Both the position numbers and the translations under genes were made by a program. This document shows positions 18,414-29,301 of a DNA stretch of 64,000 nucleotides, piece by piece (positions within the stretch are counted from its first letter, which is position 1; each line of letters opens with the position of its first letter). Source of the DNA: an uncultured Eubacteriales bacterium. Its GTDB lineage: Bacteria; Bacillota; Clostridia; Oscillospirales; CAG-272. Under the pieces are notes generated by a model. The model searched no databases and was not told the DNA's origin. It saw only the letters and a list, made by a program, of their open reading frames with translations. The stretch covers positions 10,426-74,425 of the forward strand of contig CAKXXW010000002.1 of NCBI GenBank assembly GCA_934378145.1. The letters are read 5' to 3'.

Positions 18414-18878
18414 ATGAAAAAAAAGTTTTTCAAGAACTATATACTTCACGCCTGCGTTTACTGTACCGTTGCCGCATTTCTGACGATGATCGTAAAGCTC
18501 ATCGGCGCCGGCGAGAGCATATATGCTCCGACATTCTCGGTCGCAAGGATGACCGGGCTCCTCTGCTTCGCGCTCCTTGCCGCCCTCGCAGACAGGTTGA
18601 TGCTTTCCTCCCTGCCGTCAAACTTCTTCAGATACATCATACACTTCTTCATTCAAATAATCAGCTTCACCCTGTTCATCTATCTCCCGCTCGCCGGTGA
18701 AACGGCTTACGAATCGGCTCTCGCGGGCAAGGAATACGAGGTGCCGACACTTCTCGGCGCCCTCGGCATCGGCGTACTGATCTACGCCGTGATCTATACG
18801 CCGGTCTTCATAATCCTCGCAAAAAAGAACAAAAAAGCCAACAGCGCCAAAGATTACAAGTCGGTCTACAAAAAATAA
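18414..18878 (+). CDS. small integral membrane protein, function unknown
   Basis: About 4 hydrophobic helices and a Lys-rich C-terminus. Start set at MKKKFFKNY..., downstream of the promoter; the longer ORF start would precede the promoter. Confidence 0.6.
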   Translation: MKKKFFKNYILHACVYCTVAAFLTMIVKLIGAGESIYAPTFSVARMTGLLCFALLAALADRLMLSSLPSNFFRYIIHFFIQIISFTLFIYLPLAGETAYESALAGKEYEVPTLLGALGIGVLIYAVIYTPVFIILAKKNKKANSAKDYKSVYKK

Positions 18879-18938
18879 ATCTCCCCGGAATGCACATACT
18901 GTCATTGAACGAAACCATGTGGCAGGTGCAAAGCGAAA

Positions 18939-19661
18939 ATGAAAATAAAATCATTGATATTTATCGCAGCCGCGGCAATCCTGCTCATAAGCTGTTCGGA
19001 GAAATCCTCTCCCGACAGCAATGAAAGCAGTATCGCCGCGGCTGTCCGCAGTGAAGCAAAGCTCGGTATGGAAGATATAGTGTTTGTGGGAGATTCGAAC
19101 ACCTCGCATCTCGTGTATTATAAACTCGTTCCGCGGAGCCGTGTCTGGACGGGCAAGGAGGAATACCTCTCGCTCGCACCCGACACCTACCGCAGGTATA
19201 TAGTTGCCGACGGTGAGGAAATGACGGTCGCGCAGGCAGCCGCGCGCGAAAAGCCACGGTGCATGGTCATCACCCTCGGCACCGACGGTGCGGCAATGCT
19301 CGACCGCGAGGGCTTCCGCCTCTCCTACGCCTCCATTATCGAATCTGTCAGAGCGGCATCTCCGGACACCGTGATAGCCCTTCAGTCGGTCTTCCCCGTG
19401 TGCGAAGGCAGTGTGAACACCGTCTTCACCGAGCCGGCGAAGACCAACGAAAAATTCCGCGAGGTCAATATCTGGCTTTCCGAGCTGGCAAAGGAATACG
19501 GCGCCGTCTTCATAGACTCCTCTCCGGTGCTTTGCGACGATAACGGCGAACTTCGGAAGGAATACAATTCCGACCACCTTGACGGCTACCACCTCAATCG
19601 TGCGGGGCTTTCCGCCATGCTCGGGAATGTTCTCAAAACCCTTAACGGAGAAAAACAATGA
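18939..19661 (+). CDS. SGNH/GDSL-family hydrolase lipoprotein
   Basis: Lipobox LLISC, GDS block (VFVGDSNTS) and C-terminal D..H block (SDHLDGYHLN). Confidence 0.75.
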   Translation: MKIKSLIFIAAAAILLISCSEKSSPDSNESSIAAAVRSEAKLGMEDIVFVGDSNTSHLVYYKLVPRSRVWTGKEEYLSLAPDTYRRYIVADGEEMTVAQAAAREKPRCMVITLGTDGAAMLDREGFRLSYASIIESVRAASPDTVIALQSVFPVCEGSVNTVFTEPAKTNEKFREVNIWLSELAKEYGAVFIDSSPVLCDDNGELRKEYNSDHLDGYHLNRAGLSAMLGNVLKTLNGEKQ

Positions 19662-20128
19662 AAGCATATATTATAATACTTCTGGTACTGCTCCTGCCGC
19701 TGACGGTATGCGCTTGTGCCGGAGATTTCAGAAACGATCTCGGCTGCTCCGAGCTTGGCGAACGCCTCTCTTCGTCCGTACCGCTCGACGGAGGATATTT
19801 TATGCAGAGCGCGGGCTATATCAATTACTATTTTCCCGACTTTGAGGGAGATGCGGCGCTCTTCAAATCGGCGAGCAATTCATCCGAAAACGAATTCGGA
19901 ATATTCCGTAACACGGGCAAGGCGGACGCCCGCACCCTCTGTGAGCGCTATATCGAGCGGCAGAGGTCGGAATACCTCTCGGCGAAGGGCAACTACACCC
20001 CGCAGGAGTACGAGAAATACAAAAATGCCGCAGTCTACACCTGCGGCAATTATGTGATATTTACCATTATGACTCCGGAAGACAGCGCAAAGCTCCTTAC
20101 CGAAGCCCGTGCGGCGCTCTCCGACTGA
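19658..20128 (+). CDS. DUF4358-like lipoprotein
   Basis: Signal peptide with lipobox (LTVCAC); pattern NEFGIFRN...YTCGNYVIF resembles DUF4358. ATGA overlap with the upstream gene. Confidence 0.55.
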   Translation: MKAYIIILLVLLLPLTVCACAGDFRNDLGCSELGERLSSSVPLDGGYFMQSAGYINYYFPDFEGDAALFKSASNSSENEFGIFRNTGKADARTLCERYIERQRSEYLSAKGNYTPQEYEKYKNAAVYTCGNYVIFTIMTPEDSAKLLTEARAALSD

Positions 20129-20131
20129 GCA

Positions 20132-21070
20132 TCAGAGGACGCATTTTAAGAACTGCTTTGCACGGTCTGTCTTCGGATCGGCGAAGAATTCCTTCGGCGG
20201 TGCCTCCTCGACTATCTGACCGTCCGACATAAAGAGTATCCTGTCGGCGACCTCGCGGGCAAAGCCCATCTCGTGCGTTACGACGACCATGGTCATTCCC
20301 GAATCGGCAAGATCGCGCATAAGGTCAAGCACCTCTCCGACCATTTCGGGATCGAGCGCACTCGTCGGCTCGTCAAAGAGCATCACGGTGGGATTCATCG
20401 CGAGCGCTCTCACTATCGCGATCCTCTGCTTCTGACCTCCCGAGAGCCTTGAGGGATACTCGTCCTTCTTGTCAAGAAGTCCTATACGGCGAAGAAGTTC
20501 GGCGCCCTTTTCCTCGGCTTCATTTTTTGTCATGATACCGAGCTGGGTCGGAGCCAGGGTTATGTTGTTCATGACAGTCAGGTTATTGAAAAGATTGAAA
20601 TGCTGGAAGACCATGCCCATATCACGCCTTGCAAGGTTGATATTGGTACGGTTTTCCTTTTCTATACTTTTGAGGAGCGTCCGGTAAGCCTTGCCTTCAT
20701 GCTTTTTCAGAAGGTCGTTCAGCTTTATGTCGGCGATAACGGCGGCATCCGATTCCTCTGCGGTCTCAGCGGGATGCCCGGATTTTCTCTTCTCAAGCAG
20801 CTTTTTGTAGGTCTCGGAGGCTCTTATGACATCGAAGTGAAGGTAGGGGTCGGGGGCGGTGAGCAGCTTTCCCTCCATCCACACCTCGCCGTAGGTAGGC
20901 TCCTCGAGCAGATTCATACAGCGAAGGAGAGTGCTTTTTCCGCTTCCCGAGGGCCCGATCATAACGACCTTCTCCCCCTTCTTTATGTTGCAGGAAACGC
21001 CCTTGAGTACCTTCAGCTCACCGAAATATTTATATATGTTGTTTACATTTACGATGATTTCACTTTGCAT
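20132..21070 (-). CDS. polar amino-acid ABC transporter ATP-binding protein carrying an internal insertion
   Basis: Walker [11 protein letters not shown]-loop MVFQHFNLF, signature LSGGQKQR, Walker [12 protein letters not shown]. 312 aa against about 240-250 aa typical; the extra segment lies between Walker A and the Q-loop. Confidence 0.88.
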   Translation of the reverse strand: MQSEIIVNVNNIYKYFGELKVLKGVSCNIKKGEKVVMIGPSGSGKSTLLRCMNLLEEPTYGEVWMEGKLLTAPDPYLHFDVIRASETYKKLLEKRKSGHPAETAEESDAAVIADIKLNDLLKKHEGKAYRTLLKSIEKENRTNINLARRDMGMVFQHFNLFNNLTVMNNITLAPTQLGIMTKNEAEEKGAELLRRIGLLDKKDEYPSRLSGGQKQRIAIVRALAMNPTVMLFDEPTSALDPEMVGEVLDLMRDLADSGMTMVVVTHEMGFAREVADRILFMSDGQIVEEAPPKEFFADPKTDRAKQFLKCVL

Positions 21071-21809
21071 GATTCTTCTCCCCGCGATTGAGATTCTTCT
21101 CTATCAGCTTCTGTATCTGCTGAAGTCCGAGAACAAGCACAAGGTATATCGCCGCGATTATGAAAAGAGGCATATACATCTTCATATTCTGTGTCGTGAC
21201 ATACTTCTGTATCTTCGTAAGGTCGATGATGCCGACATATCCGGCGACCGAGGTCTCCTTGATGAGCGAGATAAACTCATTGAATACGGTCGGGATAGCG
21301 CTCTTCATCGCCTGCGGCAGGACTATTTTTATAAATGTCTTTATCCACGAAAGCCCGAGGCTCCGTCCCGCTTCGGTCTGACCGTAATCTACGGAATTGA
21401 TGCCTCCGCGAAGGATCTCAGCCATATACGCGCCGCTGTTTATACCGAAGGTAAGGATCGCCACGAAGATACCGTCAGTATCCTTCATACCGAAAAATCC
21501 CGCGCTGTTTATGCTCTTCAGCAACACAAAATAGCAGATGAAGAGCTGAAGGACTACCGGAGTTCCCCTTATGACCGTGACATAGAGCTTCGCTATCTTG
21601 TCAAGCAGCCGCATAATGAAAAGCTTTTTCGGAGCTATGCGGACACAGGTAACGACGATACCTATGATAAGTCCGAGCAGGCAGGCGCCGATCGCTATTA
21701 TGAGGGTGTTCCGAAGACCCTTGAGGTAAAGAAGATAGTAGTCATAGGCTATAAAACAGTCGTAAAAGTCGTTCCACAGCCCGACAAAGAAATTGAGAAG
21801 AGCTTCCAT
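21060..21809 (-). CDS. amino-acid ABC transporter permease (His/Glu/Gln/Arg/opine type)
   Basis: Polytopic. EAA-loop-like segment ([27 protein letters not shown]). 11-nt overlap with the ATPase gene. Confidence 0.88.
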   Translation of the reverse strand: MEALLNFFVGLWNDFYDCFIAYDYYLLYLKGLRNTLIIAIGACLLGLIIGIVVTCVRIAPKKLFIMRLLDKIAKLYVTVIRGTPVVLQLFICYFVLLKSINSAGFFGMKDTDGIFVAILTFGINSGAYMAEILRGGINSVDYGQTEAGRSLGLSWIKTFIKIVLPQAMKSAIPTVFNEFISLIKETSVAGYVGIIDLTKIQKYVTTQNMKMYMPLFIIAAIYLVLVLGLQQIQKLIEKNLNRGEKNHAK

Positions 21810-21846
21810 CGAAAAGAAATGCCTTTCTAAAACTTATTTATACATC

Positions 21847-21879
21847 GGAAAACCGGAGGGCGCCGTCCGCGCCTTCCGG
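21847..21879 (-). terminator. intra-operon hairpin (partial terminator/attenuator) after the binding-protein gene
   Basis: Minus strand: CCGGAAGGCGC-GGAC-GGCGCCCTCCGG (one mismatch) followed by TTTTCC, between the SBP and permease genes. Confidence 0.5.
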
Positions 21880-21901
21880 ATCCCGTTTTTTTCAGATTAT
21901 C

Positions 21902-22705
21902 TTATTCTTCGGGGGTTATTGCCGAATACTGATCGAACCACTTTTCGATCTGGCTCTTTCCGTCGCTGCCCTTTACGAGAAGCTCGTCAAGTGCGGCGTT
22001 GACCTTGGCGATAAGATCGGTGTTGCCCTTCTTTGCGACGATACCGTACTGCTCGGCGTCAAGTCCTTCGATCGCTGCATATGCGAAATCGGGGTTGGAA
22101 GCTACGAGCTGAGCGGCGACCTGCGAGTCAACGATAAGGTACTTGTCGTTGTTGCCCTTCACAGCCTCGAGAGCGGCGAGGACCTCGGCAAAGTCGTTCG
22201 AGCCGGCGATCTTCCACGCATCCTTGTTCTCGGTAACGGTGATCTGGCTGGTCGTACCGGTCTGATATGTAACGCTCTTGCCCTCAAAGTTCGATACCGC
22301 GAATGCTCCGTCGACGAGAGTCGGGTTGGAGGACTTCAGGTAAACGACAGCCTGGAAGGCGTCGCCCCAATAGAACTTCGAAAACTCAACGGCGTTTGCA
22401 CGGTCGGCGTTCCAAGAGATGCCGGCGATGCCGAGGGCGTTGTCCTCATTGATACCGGCGACGATCGAATCGAACGAGCCGTTGATAACTTTGAGCTTGT
22501 AATTGTACTTGTTTGCTATGTACTTTGCGATCTCCATATCGACACCGATGATGTCGGTCTTGCCCTTCTCGGTGAATTCCCACGGAGCAAATCCGGCTTC
22601 GGTGTAAACGATGAGTTCCTGCTGCTGTTCACCGCAGGAAGCGAAGGCTGCCGACATGGCAAATACCATAATAAGTGCGAGTACGATGCTGAGTGCTTTT
22701 TTCAT
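21902..22705 (-). CDS. amino-acid ABC transporter substrate-binding lipoprotein
   Basis: Signal peptide with lipobox (AAFASCGE) and type 3 periplasmic binding-protein pattern. Start set at MKKALSIVLAL..., downstream of the consensus promoter. Confidence 0.85.
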   Translation of the reverse strand: MKKALSIVLALIMVFAMSAAFASCGEQQQELIVYTEAGFAPWEFTEKGKTDIIGVDMEIAKYIANKYNYKLKVINGSFDSIVAGINEDNALGIAGISWNADRANAVEFSKFYWGDAFQAVVYLKSSNPTLVDGAFAVSNFEGKSVTYQTGTTSQITVTENKDAWKIAGSNDFAEVLAALEAVKGNNDKYLIVDSQVAAQLVASNPDFAYAAIEGLDAEQYGIVAKKGNTDLIAKVNAALDELLVKGSDGKSQIEKWFDQYSAITPEE

Positions 22706-22748
22706 AACCAAAACTCCTTGACAAATGATTTTTTGTTTCAACGCGCAT

Positions 22749-22777
22749 ATTATAGCGCATAAAAACACACTTGTCAA
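22749..22777 (-). promoter_or_regulatory. consensus sigma-A promoter for the amino-acid ABC operon
   Basis: Minus strand: TTGACA, 17 nt, TATAAT (perfect hexamers). Confidence 0.7.
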
Positions 22778-22796
22778 GGGGTTTTCTGAATATTTT

Positions 22797-25637
22797 TCAG
22801 TTTTTTTCAAGTTTTTTCTGAATATATACACCCGTAGCTGAATATTCGTGCTTCGCGACCTCTTCGGGCGTGCCGGATGCGACGAGCTTGCCCCCCATAT
22901 CCCCTCCCTCGGGTCCGAGGTCGATGATATAATCGGCTGTTTTTATGACATCAAGGTTATGCTCGATCACGAGAACGGTGTTTCCGGCGTCGCAGAGCCG
23001 CTGCAGGATCCCGATCAGCTTCGCGACATCGGCGGTATGAAGCCCGGTCGTCGGCTCGTCGAGGATATAGAAGGTCCTTCCGGTATCGCGCTTTGAAAGC
23101 TCGGTGGCGAGTTTGATCCTCTGAGCCTCGCCGCCCGAAAGTGTTGTCGAGGACTGCCCGATCTTTATATACCCGAGTCCGACATCGTAAAGCGTTGCGA
23201 GCTTTTTGTAAAGTTTCGGCAGGTCGGAGAAAAAGTTCATCCCCTCCTCGACCGTCATATCGAGTACATCGAAAATATTCTTTCCTTTATATTTAATATC
23301 AAGCGTATCGCGGTTGTATCGCTTGCCGTGGCAGACATCGCAGGTAACATAAACATCCGAGAGGAAGTGCATTTCTATCTTCTTTACGCCGTCGCCCTCG
23401 CAGGCCTCGCATCTGCCGCCCTTCACATTGAAGGAGAAGCGTCCCGCGGAGTATCCTCTCGCCTTGGCATCCGGAGTCGAGGCGAAGAGATTCCTTATAT
23501 CGCCGAAAAGCCCCGTGTAGGTCGCCGGATTCGATCTCGGTGTACGCCCGATCGGACTCTGGTCTATGCATATGACTTTGTCAAGAGCCTCCGTTCCCTC
23601 TATGCGGTCAAATTTCCCCGGCTTCGTGAGCGCGCGGTTGAGCTTTGCGGCAAGGTAGGGATATATTATTCCGTTGACAAGCGAAGATTTTCCCGATCCC
23701 GAAACACCCGAAACGCAGACGAAACACCCGAGCGGGATCTTCACATCAATATTTTTCAGATTGTGTTCGGCGGCTCCGTACACGGTAAGGAAGCTGCCGT
23801 TCCCTTCACGGCGGCTTTCGGGGACGGCGATCTTGAGCCTTCCCGACATATAGGCTCCCGTTACCGAATCGGGACAGGCGCGTACCTCATCGGGCGTACC
23901 CGAAACGACGACCTTTCCGCCGTGGATCCCCGCCCCGGGACCTATATCGACGATATGGTCGGCGCTCTCCATCATCTCCTCGTCGTGTTCGACAACGATA
24001 ACGGTATTCCCGAGGTCGCGGAGATCCTTCAGGGTCTTTATCAGCTTGCCGTTGTCGCGCTGATGAAGACCTATGCTCGGCTCGTCAAGGATGTAAAGCA
24101 CTCCGACAAGCGAGCTGCCTATCTGCGTCGCGAGCCTTATCCTCTGTGCCTCGCCTCCCGAAAGCGTTCCCGCACGGCGGTTCAGCGTCAGATATGAAAG
24201 TCCGACGCTACGAAGGAAACCGAGCCTTGAGCGCAGCTCCTTGACGACCTCACGCGCGATAAGTCTTTCACTGTCGGTGAAGTTTTCGTTCATCTCTTCC
24301 ACGAAATCCACGAGCTTACCGACCGGCATGGAGCAGAATTCGTCGATGTTCTTACCGTTCACGGTAACTGCAAGCACTGTGTCGTTGAGGCGCCTGCCGT
24401 GGCATTTCGGACAATCGACCTCTTCGATAAGATCCTCGTAGTATTCGCTCATGCCCATCTTCATGCGGTCTTCTATCATTCCGACTATCCCGCGGAATTT
24501 TATGACCTGCTTTCTGCCCTTTTTCTCAAAATAGCGCGTGACGGTATATTCCTCGTCGCCCGTTCCGTTCATAAGGGCATCGTAAGCCTCGGGGGAGAAT
24601 TTTTCTATCGGTGTGTCAAGGTCAAAGCCATGTCTCGCTCCGACCGCGGCAAAAAGCGGACCGTTCCATGTATCTTCGTCCATTGATTTGAAGCCGTTGA
24701 CGGCGATGGCTTCCTGCCTTATCGAAAGCGACGGATCGGGTATGATCTTTGACCGGTCTATCCTTCTGTGGACGCCGAGTCCGGCACATTCGGGGCAGGC
24801 GCCCGTCGGATTGTTGAAGGAAAACATCCTCGGCTCAAGCTCGCCGAAGGATATTCCGTGTTCCTCGCAGGCATAGTGAGTAGAGAAATCAAGCTCCTGC
24901 GGCTCGCCCTCGCCCTCTCTCGGCACGGTGACGACGAGAAGATGCCCGTCGGCAAGCCCGAGCGCCGTCTCCACCGAGTCACCGAGCCTTGCCCTCATCC
25001 CGTCCTTTATCACAAGACGGTCGACGACCACCTCTATGCTGTGACGGATGTTCTTATCGAGTTTTATCTCCTCTGTCAGATCGTAGACCGAGCCGTCGAT
25101 GCGCGCGCGGGCGTAACCGCTCTTTCTCGCGTCGGAAAGCACCTTTTCGTGCATTCCCTTCTGCGCTCTGACGATCGGGGCGAGGATCATAAAACGCGTC
25201 CCTTCTCCGAGTGCCATGACCCTGTCGACTATGCTGTCAGGGGTCTGCTGCCTTATCTCCTTTCCGCAGACAGGACAGTGCGGCACACCGACCCTTGCGT
25301 AGAGGAGCCTCAGATAGTCGTATATCTCGGTCACCGTGCCGACGGTCGAGCGAGGATTCTTCGAGGTAGTCTTCTGGTCGATCGAGATCGCCGGCGAGAG
25401 TCCCTCTATGCTGTCCACATCGGGCTTGTCGAGCTGACCGATGAACATACGGGCATACGACGAGAGCGACTCGACAAAGCGCCGGTGTCCCTCGGCATAT
25501 ATCGTATCGAAGGCAAGCGAGGTCTTTCCCGACCCCGAAAGTCCGGTGAAGACCACGAGCTTATCCCTCGGTATCGTGAGGTCTATATTTTTAAGATTGT
25601 TTTCCCGCGCACCGCGGACAATGATTTCTTTTGACAT
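22797..25637 (-). CDS. uvrA: excinuclease ABC subunit A
   Basis: Two ABC ATPase modules ([13 protein letters not shown]; [11 protein letters not shown]), zinc-finger Cys pairs, about 946 aa. Start at [18 protein letters not shown], 10 nt after the uvrB stop. Confidence 0.95.
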   Translation of the reverse strand: MSKEIIVRGARENNLKNIDLTIPRDKLVVFTGLSGSGKTSLAFDTIYAEGHRRFVESLSSYARMFIGQLDKPDVDSIEGLSPAISIDQKTTSKNPRSTVGTVTEIYDYLRLLYARVGVPHCPVCGKEIRQQTPDSIVDRVMALGEGTRFMILAPIVRAQKGMHEKVLSDARKSGYARARIDGSVYDLTEEIKLDKNIRHSIEVVVDRLVIKDGMRARLGDSVETALGLADGHLLVVTVPREGEGEPQELDFSTHYACEEHGISFGELEPRMFSFNNPTGACPECAGLGVHRRIDRSKIIPDPSLSIRQEAIAVNGFKSMDEDTWNGPLFAAVGARHGFDLDTPIEKFSPEAYDALMNGTGDEEYTVTRYFEKKGRKQVIKFRGIVGMIEDRMKMGMSEYYEDLIEEVDCPKCHGRRLNDTVLAVTVNGKNIDEFCSMPVGKLVDFVEEMNENFTDSERLIAREVVKELRSRLGFLRSVGLSYLTLNRRAGTLSGGEAQRIRLATQIGSSLVGVLYILDEPSIGLHQRDNGKLIKTLKDLRDLGNTVIVVEHDEEMMESADHIVDIGPGAGIHGGKVVVSGTPDEVRACPDSVTGAYMSGRLKIAVPESRREGNGSFLTVYGAAEHNLKNIDVKIPLGCFVCVSGVSGSGKSSLVNGIIYPYLAAKLNRALTKPGKFDRIEGTEALDKVICIDQSPIGRTPRSNPATYTGLFGDIRNLFASTPDAKARGYSAGRFSFNVKGGRCEACEGDGVKKIEMHFLSDVYVTCDVCHGKRYNRDTLDIKYKGKNIFDVLDMTVEEGMNFFSDLPKLYKKLATLYDVGLGYIKIGQSSTTLSGGEAQRIKLATELSKRDTGRTFYILDEPTTGLHTADVAKLIGILQRLCDAGNTVLVIEHNLDVIKTADYIIDLGPEGGDMGGKLVASGTPEEVAKHEYSATGVYIQKKLEKN

Positions 25638-25647
25638 AGTGTCTCCG

Positions 25648-27627
25648 TTATTTCTGATTCCTGAGTTCTTTGACTTTATCGCGCAAGAACGCCGCTCTCT
25701 CGAAGTCAAGGCGGCGCGCAGCCTCCTTCATCTCCTTCTCAAGGCGTTCGGCAAGGGAGTTCCTGTCCTTTGCCGACATCTTCTTCTGCGACTTTGACGC
25801 ACTCTTTTTGCCGCTCTCGGCGGGTTCCGCCGAGCCGAGCTCGATAAGGTCGCGGATACCCTTCCTGACGGTCTTCGGCACGATCCCGTGCGCCTTGTTG
25901 TAGGCATCCTGTATCCCGCGGCGGCGCTCGGTCTCCGATATGGCGCGCGCCATCGAGCCGGTCACGGTATCGGCGTACATTATCACCTTGCCGTTTTCGT
26001 TACGCGCGGCGCGACCTATCGTCTGGATAAGCGAGGTCTCTCCGCGAAGGAATCCCTCCTTATCGGCGTCAAGTATCGCGATAAGCGATACCTCCGGCAG
26101 GTCGAGACCCTCACGCAGAAGGTTTATTCCGACGAGAACATCGAAAACTCCGAGGCGCAGGTCGCGGATTATCTCGGTCCTCTCAAGCGTGTCGACATTG
26201 AAATGGATGTAGCGCACCTTCACGCCGTTGCCGTCAAGATATTCGGTCAGATCCTCTGCCATCTTTCGCGTCAGTGTTGTGACGAGTACACGCTCATTTT
26301 TTTCGGTCCTCTTTCTTATCTCGCCGAGAAGGTCGTCTATCTGACCTTCGGTCGGTCTTACCTCGACCTCAGGATCGAGAAGTCCCGTCGGGCGTATTAT
26401 CTGCTCCACGACGGTATCCGAATGTTCTTTCTCGTAGTCTCCCGGCGTCGCGCTGACGAAGATTGCCTGATTTATCTTATCCTCGAATTCATCAAAGAAA
26501 AGCGGGCGGTTATCGAAAGCCGAAGGCAGACGGAAGCCGTAATCGACAAGGTTTTTCTTTCTCGCGTGATCTCCGCCCGACATCCCCCTGACCTGCGGCA
26601 GGGTGACATGCGACTCATCCACGATGAGCAGCCAATCCTTCGGGAAGTAATCGAGCAGTGTGTACGGAGTCGATCCCGGCTTCCTTCCCGCCAGCACGCG
26701 CGAATAGTTCTCGACTCCCGAACAAAAGCCTACCTCGCGCAGCATCTCGATGTCATAAAGGGTGCGTTCGCGGATCCGCTGAGCCTCGATCAACTTGCCC
26801 TGCGACTCAAACCACGCCACGCGCTCGATCATCTCGTTCTTTATCTCCGAGAGCGCCGCCTCGCGCTTTTCCTGCGATACGGCATAGTGCGTTGCGGGGT
26901 AGATCGCCGTGTAGGAGAGCCATCTTATGACCTCGCCGGTGACTATATTTATTTCGGAGAGCCGGTCGATCTCGTCACCGAAAAATTCGACCCGTACAGC
27001 CTTCTCTCCCGTCGTCGCCGGAAGTATCTCGACCGTGTCTCCCCTCACACGGAATTTGTCACGCGTGAAGTTCAGATCGTTTCTGTCATAGCTTATCGCC
27101 ACAAGGCGACGAACAAGCTCGTCGCGTGACATGAGCATCCCCGGGCGGAGCGCGATGTGGAGCGAATTGTATTCCTTCGGATCTCCGAGCGAGAATATAC
27201 AGGAGACAGAGGCAACGATTATCACATTTCTCTGCTCAAAAAGCGACGAAGTCGCGCTGTGACGGAGCATATCTATCTCGTCGTTTATCAGCGCGTCCTT
27301 TTCAATATACATATCCTTTCCGGGGACATAAGCCTCCGGCTGGTAGTAATCGTAATACGATACGAAATACCCTACGGCGTCATCGGGAAAGAATTCCCGC
27401 ATCTCCGAGCAGACCTGCGCCGCGAGGGTCTTGTTCGGTTCAAGTATAAGGGTCGGGCGGTTCGTCCTCGCTATGACATTCGCCACGGTAAAGGTCTTGC
27501 CCGAACCCGTCACGCCGAGAAGGGTCTGAAACCTCTCTCCGCGTTCGACCCCCTCGGCAAGGGATGCGATTGCCTCGGGCTGATCTCCCGTCGGCGTATA
27601 TTCGCTCTGAAGTCTGAATTCCGACAT
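25648..27627 (-). CDS. uvrB: excinuclease ABC subunit B
   Basis: [10 protein letters not shown] Walker A, helicase motifs, and C-terminal UVR domain ([24 protein letters not shown]). Confidence 0.95.
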   Translation of the reverse strand: MSEFRLQSEYTPTGDQPEAIASLAEGVERGERFQTLLGVTGSGKTFTVANVIARTNRPTLILEPNKTLAAQVCSEMREFFPDDAVGYFVSYYDYYQPEAYVPGKDMYIEKDALINDEIDMLRHSATSSLFEQRNVIIVASVSCIFSLGDPKEYNSLHIALRPGMLMSRDELVRRLVAISYDRNDLNFTRDKFRVRGDTVEILPATTGEKAVRVEFFGDEIDRLSEINIVTGEVIRWLSYTAIYPATHYAVSQEKREAALSEIKNEMIERVAWFESQGKLIEAQRIRERTLYDIEMLREVGFCSGVENYSRVLAGRKPGSTPYTLLDYFPKDWLLIVDESHVTLPQVRGMSGGDHARKKNLVDYGFRLPSAFDNRPLFFDEFEDKINQAIFVSATPGDYEKEHSDTVVEQIIRPTGLLDPEVEVRPTEGQIDDLLGEIRKRTEKNERVLVTTLTRKMAEDLTEYLDGNGVKVRYIHFNVDTLERTEIIRDLRLGVFDVLVGINLLREGLDLPEVSLIAILDADKEGFLRGETSLIQTIGRAARNENGKVIMYADTVTGSMARAISETERRRGIQDAYNKAHGIVPKTVRKGIRDLIELGSAEPAESGKKSASKSQKKMSAKDRNSLAERLEKEMKEAARRLDFERAAFLRDKVKELRNQK

Positions 27628-27644
27628 CTGCTCCTCCGTATATA

Positions 27645-28373
27645 TTACTTATGAAGGATTACCGTCGCGTGAAGCGTTCCGTCTTCACCGACAAATGCGA
27701 TCTCATATTCTTCGCCGCCGTCGTAAAGCCGACATTCCACCGTCTTCCCGTAGGCGACCTCCTTTTTATAGGAGATAAAGAAACTGTCGGCGGTATAATC
27801 ATCCGGTACTTTTCCCGACAGCACCTCCTCGGCAAGTTCGATATATCTGACATTGTTGAGGTGTCGGTTCATATCTATCAGCGAGTGTCCGACGGTAAAA
27901 GACGCCGCAGCAAGCACTTCTCTGCCTTCTTCGGGCGCGGGCGTGCGGGGAAGACGCCGAAGCTCCGGAAAGTTCGTTCTCTCCGGTTCGGCGCGGTACG
28001 CCTCCGCAAGAGTCGGTGTGACCCTTGAAAAGCCGCTTCCGTCGCGGAAGACACGCGCCCATTCCGACACGGCGGTCACCATGGTCTGCCCGTCCTCTCC
28101 GACTATCTCGAATTCACGGCAGGCTGAGATCCCGAAAGCCCTGCGGCTCCATGTCCTCACCGTCACCGTTTCGTTGAAGGTCGGACGCTTCGCGATCTTT
28201 ACAAGATATCCCGTTAGCAGCCAGACCGAGTCGGCAGTCCTTATATCCTCTCCTGCCATTACGCCGTGAAGCACGGCAAGATCCTCGAACATTCCGAGGA
28301 TCGCACTGTTCCTTATTCTGTACCCGGGATCTATATACTGATACCCGACATAATATTTTCTCTCGACTACCAT
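27645..28373 (-). CDS. acyl-ACP thioesterase-family protein
   Basis: About 240 aa double hot-dog pattern ([26 protein letters not shown]; [14 protein letters not shown]). Confidence 0.7.
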   Translation of the reverse strand: MVVERKYYVGYQYIDPGYRIRNSAILGMFEDLAVLHGVMAGEDIRTADSVWLLTGYLVKIAKRPTFNETVTVRTWSRRAFGISACREFEIVGEDGQTMVTAVSEWARVFRDGSGFSRVTPTLAEAYRAEPERTNFPELRRLPRTPAPEEGREVLAAASFTVGHSLIDMNRHLNNVRYIELAEEVLSGKVPDDYTADSFFISYKKEVAYGKTVECRLYDGGEEYEIAFVGEDGTLHATVILHK

Positions 28374-29095
28374 TAAAGTCCGAAGCCTCCGTCAACGCCG
28401 AGGCATTGCCCCGTTATAAAAGATGCCCTGTCGGAGGCGAGGAAAAACACCGCATCGGCTATGTCGCCCGTACTGCCGATACGGCAGAGCGGAGTCTCCT
28501 CTGCAAGGGTACGGCGGGTCTCTTCGTCAAGGATCGCGTTCATCTCGGTGTCGATGACCCCCGGCTCGACGCAGTTTACGGTGATGCCCGAGGGACCAAG
28601 CTCTTTCGCAAGCGCCATCGTAAGTCCGCGGATACCCGCCTTCGCCGCCGAATAGTGTACCTCACACGAGGCGCCGACGCGTCCCCAGACCGATCCGATA
28701 TTGACCATCCTTCCGTAATGAGCCTTCACCATCTCGCGCGCGGCTGCACGGCAGGTATAGAAGCTGCCCGAAAGGTCGGTCGAGATCATCCTGTCCCAAT
28801 CGGCATCGGTCAGCTCGGTAAAGAGCTTTATCTGTGCGACTCCCGCGCAGTTCACGAGTACATCGACGCCGTGAAGGTACACGACAGCCGCCTCCATCGC
28901 CTTTTCGGCTGACACGGGGTCGGAAAGGTCGGCTTTCAACGCCACGGCGCCAGTTTCTTCGGCAAGCCTTTTTGCCTCGGTCTCCGAATTGTTATAAAAG
29001 AACACGACAAGGTCGCCGTTAAGCGAAAAGCGGCGCACGATCTCCGCGCCTATCCCGCGGGAGCCTCCGGTAACTATTATCTTTCTCATTTTCAT
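28373..29095 (-). CDS. short-chain dehydrogenase/reductase, FabG-like
   Basis: TGGSRGIG cofactor motif, NCAG, and YSAAK catalytic Tyr/Lys. Start set at MKMRKIIVTGG..., 1 nt after the upstream stop. Confidence 0.85.
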   Translation of the reverse strand: MKMRKIIVTGGSRGIGAEIVRRFSLNGDLVVFFYNNSETEAKRLAEETGAVALKADLSDPVSAEKAMEAAVVYLHGVDVLVNCAGVAQIKLFTELTDADWDRMISTDLSGSFYTCRAAAREMVKAHYGRMVNIGSVWGRVGASCEVHYSAAKAGIRGLTMALAKELGPSGITVNCVEPGVIDTEMNAILDEETRRTLAEETPLCRIGSTGDIADAVFFLASDRASFITGQCLGVDGGFGL

Positions 29096-29096
29096 A

Positions 29097-29297
29097 TCAA
29101 TTCTGCTTCTGCACGAGCTTATACTCATCAAAAAAGTCAAAGTACGGACATTCGCGGTTCGTGAATTTCACGAAGCTCTCCATCTCGTCCTCGTCAAGGT
29201 CGAGAGTACAGATGTAGGCGTCACATTCGTCGTCATATTCGTAGTGCAGACAGCATTCGCAGTTGGTCTTCTTTTTCTTTACGATCTTTTCTTCCAT
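29097..29297 (-). CDS. small acidic Cys-rich protein, function unknown (possibly DUF6472-like, from memory)
   Basis: 66 aa from MEEKIVKKKK.... Six Cys (CECC...C...C...C) and many Asp/Glu. Wedged between the mutL stop (29302) and the SDR start (29095). Confidence 0.55.
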   Translation of the reverse strand: MEEKIVKKKKTNCECCLHYEYDDECDAYICTLDLDEDEMESFVKFTNRECPYFDFFDEYKLVQKQN

Positions 29298-29301
29298 ATT
29301 A

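Noticed and set aside
22716-22779. Perfect 9-bp inverted repeat CCTTGACAA ... TTGTCAAGG, 46 nt apart, bracketing the ABC-operon promoter and leader
   Set aside because: One arm is simply the -35 TTGACA hexamer plus flanks, and the other overlaps the RBS. A 9-mer match containing a common hexamer could be chance, and I have no evidence for an operator. It would need conservation data.
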